NCBI RefSeq assembly: GCF_001598795.1
Contig: NZ_BCZP01000009.1
Coordinates: 180,001 to 212,000 of the forward strand
Direction: 5' to 3'
DNA from: Delftia acidovorans NBRC 14950
Lineage (GTDB): Bacteria > Pseudomonadota > Gammaproteobacteria > Burkholderiales > Burkholderiaceae_C
DNA length: 32,000 bases
Position 1 is the first letter of the stretch; every line of letters begins with the position of its first letter. Positions 1 through 6,415 of this stretch are shown piece by piece. The notes under the pieces are model-generated. The model was not told the origin of the DNA. It made no database searches and worked only from the letters and a program-made list of their open reading frames with translations. A program made the translations under genes and the position numbers.

Positions 1-380
1 ACCACGGCCTGGCCGCGCCGGGCGCTGTCCGTCCAGGCGTCGCCCAGCACGGCCATGACGCGGCGTGGGCCGCCCTGGTCGTCCTGCACGGGGGCGGCGC
101 CGTAGGGCGGCGACTGTGCCGCCTCGGGCTGGGCCTGGTTGCGGTCCCACCAGGCACGGGCCTCGCTGGCGGCACCGGTGGCCGCGTTGGTGGCCGTGCT
201 GGCTGCGCTGCGGCCGGCCTCCAGCGCCTGCTGGCCGGCCGTGGCGGCGCCCGAGGCCCGCTGCACGGTGTCGGCAGCCTGGCCGATGGCGCCCAGGTCC
301 AGCGCCTGTGCGGCCGGGGCGGCCAGCAGCGCGGCGGCAATCACTGCCGTGGTGGCGCGTGGAAGACGGCGCCCGCTCAT
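1..380 (-). CDS. Partial CDS (first ~126 codons, continues past the left edge): Ala-rich exported protein of unknown function, translationally coupled to clpV
   Basis: Open-ended, so absent from the ORF track. My reverse-complement translation from the ATG at 380-378 reads MSGRRLPRATTAVIAAALLAAPAAQALDLGAIGQAADTVQRASGAATAGQQALEAGRSAAS... with no stop down to position 1. It has a Sec-type signal peptide (RR n-region, hydrophobic core, AQA-L cleavage motif). Third codon positions are G/C-rich like the neighbouring genes. The ATG overlaps the clpV stop (ATGA at 377-380). Confidence 0.5.
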   Translation of the reverse strand, partial: MSGRRLPRATTAVIAAALLAAPAAQALDLGAIGQAADTVQRASGAATAGQQALEAGRSAASTATNAATGAASEARAWWDRNQAQPEAAQSPPYGAAPVQDDQGGPRRVMAVLGDAWTDSARRGQAV

Positions 381-3118
381 GCGGGCTCCGCAGCGCGGGT
401 GCGCACGTCCAGCGTGAAGTCGTCGCCGCTGGCGCCGGCGTGCAGGCTTTGCAGTTCCTGGCCTTCCACGGTGGCCTGCAGGAAGTGGGTTGCCATGCGC
501 GGCAGCAGGTTCTGGGTGAGGATGCCGTCCACCATGCGCGCGCCGGACTCGACCTCGCTGCAGCGGCGGCGCACCAGGTCCACGGCGGCTTCGTCGAAGC
601 TGAACTGCGCGCCGTGGCGCTCTTCGATGCGCCGCTGTATGCGCAGCATCTGCAACCGGATGATCTGCTCCAGCATGGCGTCCGAGATGGGGTAGTAGGG
701 CACCACCGTCAGGCGGCCCAGCAGCGCGGCGGGAAAGGTCTGCAGCAGCGGCTGGCGCACGGCCTGGGCCAGGCCTTCCGGCGTGGGCGCCAGGTCCGGG
801 TCGCGGCACATGTTGGCGATCAGGTCCGAGCCCACGTTGGAGGTCAGGATGATGACGGTGTTCTTGAAGTCGATGTAGCGGCCCTCGCCGTCCTCCATCC
901 AGCCCTTGTCGAAGACCTGAAAGAACATCTCGTGCACGTCGGAGTGGGCCTTCTCTATTTCATCGAGCAGGACCACGCTGTAGGGGCGGCGGCGCACGGC
1001 CTCGGTCAGCACGCCGCCTTCGCCGTAGCCCACGTAGCCCGGTGGCGCGCCCTTGAGGGTGGAGACGGTGTGCGCCTCCTGGAACTCGCTCATGTTGATG
1101 GTGATGAGGTTCTGCTCGCCGCCGTACAGGGCTTCGGCCAGGGACAGCGCCGTCTCGGTCTTGCCCACGCCCGAGGGACCGGCCAGCAGGAACACGCCGA
1201 TGGGCTTGCCCGGGTCGTCCAGCCGCGCGCGCGATGTCTGGATGCGGCGCGTGATGGCCTCCAGGCCGTGGCGCTGGCCGATGACGCGCTTCTCCAGCGT
1301 GTCTGCCAGCGAGAGCACGGACTGCACCTCGTCGCGCACCATGCGGCCCACGGGAATGCCGGTCCACTCGGCCACCACGGCGGCGACCACGCCGGCATCG
1401 ACTACGGGCTGCAGCAGCGGGGCATCACCCTGCAGCTCGGCGAGCTGGCGGCGCAGCGCTTCCAGCGCGGCCACGCTGGGGGGCTCGGCAGGTTCGGTTG
1501 CGGTGGCTTCGGCGGCCGTTTCCGGCGCCGCAGCGGACGGGTCTGCGGCGGCGCCGGTGGAGAAGACGGGCGGCTTCAGGCCCATGAGGGCGGCCTCGGT
1601 TTCCAGGATGCGGCGGGCCAGCGCGCTTTCCTGGCCGAAGCGCTCGGCCAGCGTGGCCTGGCGGTCGCGCAGGCTGGCCAGGTCGGTTTCCAGCGCCTGC
1701 AGGCGCTCGGCCGTGGGCAGGCCGAGGGCGGCCTCGCGCAGCAGCACTTCCTGCTCCACGCCCAGGGCCTCGATGCGGCGCTGCACGGCTTCCAGCTGGG
1801 CGGGCGTGGCATGCAGGGCCATGGCCACGCGCGAGCAGGCCGTGTCCAGCAGGCTGACGGCCTTGTCGGGCAGCTGGCGCGAGGGAATGTAGCGGTGCGA
1901 CAGGCTGACGGCCGCGGCCACCGCGTCGGCCGCAATGCGCACCTGGTGGTGGTTTTCCAGCTTGGCGGCCACGCCGCGCAGCATGTCCACGGCGCGGGGC
2001 TCGTCGGGCTCGTGCACCTGAACGAGCTGGAAGCGGCGTGTCAGGGCCGGGTCTTTTTCGATGTATTTCTTGTACTCGGCCCAGGTGGTGGCGCCGATGG
2101 TGCGCAGCGTGCCGCGCGCCAGGGCGGGCTTGAGCAGGTTGGCGGCATCGCCCGTACCGGCCTGGCCGCCCGCGCCCACCAGGGTGTGGACTTCGTCGAT
2201 GAAGAGCACGATGGGCGTGGTGCTGGACTGCACGGCGTCCAGCAGGCCGCGCAGGCGGTTCTCGAACTCGCCCTTCATGCTGGCGCCGGCCTGCAGCAGG
2301 CCCACGTCCAGCACGCGCAGCTCCACGCCCTGCAGCGGCGGCGGCACGTCGCCCTGGGCGATGCGCAGGGCCAGGCCCTCGACCACGGCGGTTTTGCCCA
2401 CGCCGGCCTCGCCCACCAGGATGGGGTTGTTCTGGCGGCGGCGCAGCAGGATGTCCACCATCTGGCGCACTTCGTCGTCGCGGCCCGTGACCGGGTCCAG
2501 CTCGCCCGCCTTGGCGCGGGCCGTCAGGTCCACGGTGTATTGCTGCAGCGCGCCGCCCTGGCCGGGCGCGGTGCCCGTGGCCTGGCTGGCTTCGCCCGGC
2601 GTGCCTTCCAGCCCGCTGCCGTCGGCCGCGCGCATGCGTGCCTCGGGCGAGTCGGGCAGCAGGCGGGCGAAGGCGTCGCTGAGCGCGGGCTCGGAGATCT
2701 TGTCGAATTCGCGCGAGATGGAACGCAGCTCATTGGCCAGCGAGCGCGTGCGCACCATGCCCGACAGCAGATAGGCGCTGCGGATCTGGCTGTCGTTGAA
2801 CATCAGCGTGGCATAGACCCAGCCGCGCTCGATGGCGGTCTCTATGTGCTCGGAGAAGTCGCTGATCGAGGTGGCGCCGCGCGGCAGCTGGTCCAGGCGG
2901 CGCAGCACGTCGGCGGCCAGGCGGTCGGAGGCGATGTCGAAGTGGCGCAGGATGCGGATCAGGTCGCAATCGTTTTCCTGCAGCAGCTGGTGCAGCCAGT
3001 GCACCAGCTCCACATAGGGATTGCCGCGCAGCTTGCAGAACACGGTGGCGCCTTCCAGCGACTTGAACAGCAGCGGGTTGAGCTTGCCGAAGAGGGATTG
3101 GCGGCTGATTTCTGTCAT
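377..3118 (-). CDS. clpV: T6SS AAA+ ATPase ClpV (TssH), 913 aa
   Basis: ORF 377..3352 trimmed to Met79 (ATG at 3118, MTEISRQSLFGKLN...). The upstream 78 codons are Arg/Pro/Ser-rich and run into the neighbouring gene. There are two AAA+ modules: Walker A GEAGVGKTA with Walker B VLFIDEVH, and Walker A GPSGVGKTE with Walker B VVLLDEIEKAH. The layout is ClpB-like and the context is T6SS. Confidence 0.95.
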   Translation of the reverse strand: MTEISRQSLFGKLNPLLFKSLEGATVFCKLRGNPYVELVHWLHQLLQENDCDLIRILRHFDIASDRLAADVLRRLDQLPRGATSISDFSEHIETAIERGWVYATLMFNDSQIRSAYLLSGMVRTRSLANELRSISREFDKISEPALSDAFARLLPDSPEARMRAADGSGLEGTPGEASQATGTAPGQGGALQQYTVDLTARAKAGELDPVTGRDDEVRQMVDILLRRRQNNPILVGEAGVGKTAVVEGLALRIAQGDVPPPLQGVELRVLDVGLLQAGASMKGEFENRLRGLLDAVQSSTTPIVLFIDEVHTLVGAGGQAGTGDAANLLKPALARGTLRTIGATTWAEYKKYIEKDPALTRRFQLVQVHEPDEPRAVDMLRGVAAKLENHHQVRIAADAVAAAVSLSHRYIPSRQLPDKAVSLLDTACSRVAMALHATPAQLEAVQRRIEALGVEQEVLLREAALGLPTAERLQALETDLASLRDRQATLAERFGQESALARRILETEAALMGLKPPVFSTGAAADPSAAAPETAAEATATEPAEPPSVAALEALRRQLAELQGDAPLLQPVVDAGVVAAVVAEWTGIPVGRMVRDEVQSVLSLADTLEKRVIGQRHGLEAITRRIQTSRARLDDPGKPIGVFLLAGPSGVGKTETALSLAEALYGGEQNLITINMSEFQEAHTVSTLKGAPPGYVGYGEGGVLTEAVRRRPYSVVLLDEIEKAHSDVHEMFFQVFDKGWMEDGEGRYIDFKNTVIILTSNVGSDLIANMCRDPDLAPTPEGLAQAVRQPLLQTFPAALLGRLTVVPYYPISDAMLEQIIRLQMLRIQRRIEERHGAQFSFDEAAVDLVRRRCSEVESGARMVDGILTQNLLPRMATHFLQATVEGQELQSLHAGASGDDFTLDVRTRAAEPA

Positions 3119-3167
3119 GGGTCTTGGGTGCGAAAAAAAGTGGATGAATGGGGGCCGGGCATGCCGG

Positions 3168-3731
3168 CTAGCGGAGGGGGCGGACTTCGACCTTGCGGCC
3201 CTTGGCCTGGCACTGCGCCAGCAGCCGGTCGACCCAGGCGCGTTCGACGAGGAAGCTGCTGCCGGTCGTTTCCTGCGCCGTTTCACGGACGTCGGTGGCG
3301 AGGTGGATGGTCTTGGCTTCAGACAAGGCATCGCCATCCCATTGCGCTTCATCCGGCGATGGTTTGGCGGTGAAGCGGCGCTGTCCCAGATTGGCGATCT
3401 GGCGACCTTCGAGCCAGACCATCCAGACCGACGATCGCGCAGGGACTGCGCTGCGGTTGTGCTGTTGCACGAAGCAAAAGCGCTGGAGGGCTGCAGGCTT
3501 TCCGGGGCCAGTCGATGCCTGGCGGCTCTTCAAATAGAGACGCAGGGCGGCTGGAGAAGGAATCAGGGATTGCGCCGGACGCGAGAAATCGGAGGCCCGC
3601 CCGCTTTCAGGCGCTGCCAGCAAAGGCAGTGCCGATCCCGCAAGGGTGGCCAGCAGACACCTTGCGAGCAGGCGACGGCCTTGCCTGACACGGCATGGGC
3701 CGGGAAAGCGGTTGCGTCCGATATGCGGCAT
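3168..3731 (-). CDS. Exported (periplasmic) protein, putative immunity paralog 2 for the upstream effector candidate, 187 aa
   Basis: ORF 3168..3731 has an N-terminal signal peptide (RRLLARCLLATLAGSALPLLAAP). The C-terminal ~140 aa align with the adjacent paralog (FCFVQQ, VWM.W, SIHLATDVRETA.E.TGSSFLVERAWV.RLLAQC.AKGR). It starts 5 nt after the stop of paralog 1. Confidence 0.7.
   Translation of the reverse strand: MPHIGRNRFPGPCRVRQGRRLLARCLLATLAGSALPLLAAPESGRASDFSRPAQSLIPSPAALRLYLKSRQASTGPGKPAALQRFCFVQQHNRSAVPARSSVWMVWLEGRQIANLGQRRFTAKPSPDEAQWDGDALSEAKTIHLATDVRETAQETTGSSFLVERAWVDRLLAQCQAKGRKVEVRPLR
3194..3310. repeat. Copy A of a ~117 nt near-identical segment shared by the two immunity paralogs (3' coding ends)
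   Basis: Manual gap-free alignment of 3194-3310 with 3762-3878 (offset 568 nt) gives roughly 11 mismatches in 117 nt. Confidence 0.8.
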
Positions 3732-3735
3732 GCGG

Positions 3736-4332
3736 CTATCGAGCAGGAGTCACTTTGATGGTGCGGCCCTTGGCCTTGCACTGCGCCAGCAGTCTGTTCA
3801 CCCAGGCGCGTTCGACGAGAAAGCTGCTGCCGGTGATTTCCTCTGCCGTTTCACGGACGTCTGTGGCGAGGTGGATGGACTTGCTTCGTGCCAAGCCTTG
3901 GCCGTCTTCTTCGGCCTCTTGCGCCGTCGCGTGGACCTGGGCCGGCAGCCGACCCAGATTGAGAATCTCGCCGCCGTCTTGCCAGATCATCCAGACGAAG
4001 GGTCCTGGATCTTCGGGTGGCGTGGAGCGCTGCTGGACAAAGCAAAAGTGCTGGGGCCTCCCCGCCATGGATGTGCCTGCACGCCTTTCCTTGAGCTGAA
4101 GGTAGGCGCGCAGCACGGTGGGCGAGGGGATGCTTGCCTTGCTGGGGCGCGAAAAGTCGGCGGGAACGGGATCTCGGGGTGCTGCTGGTGTTGGCGTAGC
4201 GGTGGCGTTGTCTGCCGCTTCAGATGTATGGGCAGGCGCGGAGACAGACAGAGCCAGCGTGGCCACTAGACATGCAGTCCATCGTATGCGGCAGGCGGGT
4301 AGCCAGGAACTCTTTGGTTGTGGCATGGGCAT
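3736..4332 (-). CDS. Exported (periplasmic) protein, putative immunity paralog 1, 198 aa
   Basis: ORF 3736..4563 trimmed to Met78 (ATG at 4332, MPMPQPKSSWLPACRIRWTACLVATLALSVSAPAHT...). This start lies 29 nt downstream of the effector stop, whereas the full ORF would overlap the effector gene by ~200 nt. It has a signal peptide, then a Pro/Thr/Ala linker, then the domain shared with 3168..3731. The alternative start at 4326 is equally possible. Confidence 0.7.
   Translation of the reverse strand: MPMPQPKSSWLPACRIRWTACLVATLALSVSAPAHTSEAADNATATPTPAAPRDPVPADFSRPSKASIPSPTVLRAYLQLKERRAGTSMAGRPQHFCFVQQRSTPPEDPGPFVWMIWQDGGEILNLGRLPAQVHATAQEAEEDGQGLARSKSIHLATDVRETAEEITGSSFLVERAWVNRLLAQCKAKGRTIKVTPAR
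3762..3878. repeat. Copy B of the ~117 nt segment shared by the immunity paralogs
   Basis: See copy A. Example: tgcggcccttggcct[g/t]gcactgcgccagcag...cccaggcgcgttcgacgag[g/a]aagctgctgccggt... Confidence 0.8.
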
Positions 4333-4360
4333 GGTGTCGGGAGTTGGTGGGACAGGGTCT

Positions 4361-5200
4361 TCAGTCCTGCTTGCGCAGTCGGGCATGCGTGTAGAAGGTG
4401 TTGCCCATGAGCGTGGCGTGCACCTTGAAATCCGGACCGGGCGAACCACTGCCTTCCGATCGCCAGGCATACAGGCCGGTGCTTGTGGGATCCGCAGCGA
4501 GCGGTTCGGAGGCAACAGTGATGGCCGCTTGTACAAACTGCTGGTACGCCGTCCGCTTGCCATGCAGGCCGTTGTTGGCGATCTGCAGGTAGTCCGTGAG
4601 GTTTTCCTGCATGTTTTGGTTCAGCGTGGGATAGGTCGGAAAGCCATGGAACTGCACCATGCCTCGGTCGTTGGCCTTGATGATGTCGGCGATGGTGGTT
4701 GCACCGCGGGCCATGAACTCCTCGGGCTTGCCGCTCTTGAGCCGGTTCTCGATGACGCGACGCATCCAGCGCATGGACGTCAGGACGTCGGAAGCTTTCC
4801 ATGCGACGTTTCGGGGGGCGCCGTCTGGCGAGAAGTTCTCGGCCAGCAGCAGGCGTACCAGCATCCCCTCCGTCGTCTTCTCCGCAGGCAGCGAAATGCT
4901 CTTCTCCACCTGCACGGTGATGGCTGCGGGCATGACGCTAAGCCCGGTTCCCTGCACCGCCACGATGCTGAGCTTGGTGAGCCCGGGCTGCTGGGCCACG
5001 AAGTCGAATTGCCAGCTGTCGGCGCGGGCGTTGTGGGCGGGGGGCTGGGCCGCAAGAATGCTGGGCGCATCGATCCTGGCGCCCAGCTTGTAGGTCTTTG
5101 CGACGGCCTCGATCTTGACGCGCAGGCGGTTGCCTTCGACCAGCGTCAGCGTGGAAGGGACCGGTGCGTTGTGCAGGAACTTGATCTGTACGGTGGGCAT
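4361..5200 (-). CDS. Candidate T6SS effector, 279 aa: beta-rich N-domain plus a SleB/CwlJ-like (Hydrolase_2-like) cell-wall hydrolase C-domain (inferred)
   Basis: ORF 4361..5200 with no signal peptide. The C-terminal half carries, in order, LLLAEN, MRRVIENRLKS, MVQFHGF, GLYAW and MGNTFY. This order is collinear with my recollection of the Hydrolase_2 signature (GEA.., AVa.VilNRv.s, qF, yF, h.FY). The gene lies between tssG and clpV and is followed by two exported-protein genes. Confidence 0.6.
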   Translation of the reverse strand: MPTVQIKFLHNAPVPSTLTLVEGNRLRVKIEAVAKTYKLGARIDAPSILAAQPPAHNARADSWQFDFVAQQPGLTKLSIVAVQGTGLSVMPAAITVQVEKSISLPAEKTTEGMLVRLLLAENFSPDGAPRNVAWKASDVLTSMRWMRRVIENRLKSGKPEEFMARGATTIADIIKANDRGMVQFHGFPTYPTLNQNMQENLTDYLQIANNGLHGKRTAYQQFVQAAITVASEPLAADPTSTGLYAWRSEGSGSPGPDFKVHATLMGNTFYTHARLRKQD

Positions 5201-5218
5201 GTGTGCGAGCAGGGAAGT

Positions 5219-5250
5219 GGTGATTCAGTGGTTCGGTGATTCAGTGGTTC
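5219..5250. repeat. Perfect 16-bp tandem duplication (ggtgattcagtggttc x2) spanning the tssG stop codon
   Basis: Read directly: 5219-5234 and 5235-5250 are identical. The tssG stop (tca at 5225-5227) lies in copy 1. The same triplet in copy 2 is out of frame. Confidence 0.9.
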
Positions 5251-6415
5251 GAGGGCTGGGGCCGGGGCGCCGGCCCCGCACGGGCTGGCGGCGCTGGCGC
5301 AGCCAGGCTTCGGGGTCCAGGCGGAAGTCGCGCGCGTCCTGGGCGGGCTCGGCGTGGGTGAGCCAGGTGGTCCAGCCCAGCTGGGTGCTGCTGCCCAGCC
5401 GGGCGGCAGGCACTTCCTGGCGGCGCAGCACCAGCACGTAGTCCCAGGCGAATTCGATGCCCAGGTAGTTGCGCACCCAGTCCACCAGGGTCTGGAACAG
5501 TGCGGCCTGCGGCAGCAACTGCTGGTATTGCTCCAGGCCCAGCGGGCCGAGCACCAGGCGGAACTTGCTTTGCGCATCGGGCACGCGCGAGCCCACGACG
5601 GCGTCCACGCCCAGGCGCGAGTTGCAGGGGCGGCCCTGCAGCCGGGTCTGCTGCTCGGGCTCCAGCTCCAGGTGGTGCAGGCAGTTTTCTTCCAGCCGCA
5701 CGGGAATCTGGAAGTAGTGCGACAGGGCCTGGCACAGGCCTTCGGGGTTGCGCGTCCAGCGGGTCAGATGGCCGGCCATGAAGCGCTTGGCGTGGTCGGG
5801 CACGTCGTCGCGCGCGCGCTGGCTGGGCAGGCCGGCGCCTATGAAACTGTCTATGTAGCGGCCAAAGGGGTCTTCGCCCGGGCGGTCCAGCGATGCGGTG
5901 GGCTGTGCGTCCGACCAGGCGCGGAACAGCAGCAGCAGCATGCGGTGGTGAAAGATGTCGGAAAAGCGTGCCAGCGTGGCGTCGTCATGCTGACGCAGGC
6001 GCTCGCGCACGTATTCGGTGATGTGCGTGGGCAGCGGGCCGTTGGGGCCGTAGAGGCCGAAGTTCCAGACCGTCATGCGCTCGGGCTCGCCGGCGCGCGA
6101 GGGCAGGATTTCTGCAATGGTGGCGGGGGCGAAGGCCAGCGACGGGTCCTGGCCCAGGCGCAGCGGCTCGTCCTTGGGGCGCGTGGCCTGGCCCAGGCGC
6201 GGCAGCGCGGGATGGCGTGCCTGCAGGTAGCGCAGGCTGTGCATCAGGTCGAACTGGTAGGGCTTGGCGCTCAGGCGCTGCCAGAACAGGCGCGCCCGAG
6301 CGTCGTCGGGCCCGGCGGCCTGCACGGGCGCACGCGCGGGCGCCGGAGCTGGAGCCGGAGCCGCCGACTGGAGGTGCTCCGGTTCGGGCAGCGGGGCGTG
6401 GGCGGCGTTGCTCAT
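5225..6415 (-). CDS. tssG: T6SS baseplate protein TssG (ImpH/VasB), 396 aa
   Basis: ORF 5225..6964 trimmed to MSNAAHAPLPEPEH... (ATG at 6415), which overlaps the tssF stop (ATGA at 6412-6415). An Ala/Pro-rich N-terminus is followed by YQFDLMHSLRYLQA...PRLG...RLGQDPSLAFAPA, typical of TssG. The gene sits in the tssE-tssF-tssG order. Confidence 0.9.
   Translation of the reverse strand: MSNAAHAPLPEPEHLQSAAPAPAPAPARAPVQAAGPDDARARLFWQRLSAKPYQFDLMHSLRYLQARHPALPRLGQATRPKDEPLRLGQDPSLAFAPATIAEILPSRAGEPERMTVWNFGLYGPNGPLPTHITEYVRERLRQHDDATLARFSDIFHHRMLLLLFRAWSDAQPTASLDRPGEDPFGRYIDSFIGAGLPSQRARDDVPDHAKRFMAGHLTRWTRNPEGLCQALSHYFQIPVRLEENCLHHLELEPEQQTRLQGRPCNSRLGVDAVVGSRVPDAQSKFRLVLGPLGLEQYQQLLPQAALFQTLVDWVRNYLGIEFAWDYVLVLRRQEVPAARLGSSTQLGWTTWLTHAEPAQDARDFRLDPEAWLRQRRQPVRGRRPGPSPRTTESPNH

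Noticed and set aside
3119-3352. N-terminal extensions offered by the ORF track: clpV to 3352, tssG to 6964, tssM to 20271, tssK to 23026, ppkA to 30020, pppA to 24460, tagF ORF to 17842, immunity ORFs to 4563, 9644 and 12791, muramidase to 10450
   Set aside because: The extensions overlap the upstream genes and are Arg/Pro-rich. They precede Met or Val codons that give canonical family N-termini, often with a Shine-Dalgarno or a stop/start overlap. I therefore trimmed these starts.
65-3373. 1102-aa plus-strand ORF covering the whole clpV region
   Set aside because: It is antisense to a gene with unmistakable ClpV motifs. The translation is Arg/Ala/Gly/His-rich low-complexity sequence typical of stop-codon-poor antisense frames in high-GC DNA, and it has no recognisable domains.
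5219-5250. The 16-bp direct repeat considered as a target-site duplication of a mobile element
   Set aside because: The two copies are adjacent rather than flanking an insert. No transposase, integrase or terminal inverted repeats are present anywhere in the window. Replication slippage or tandem duplication is the simpler reading.
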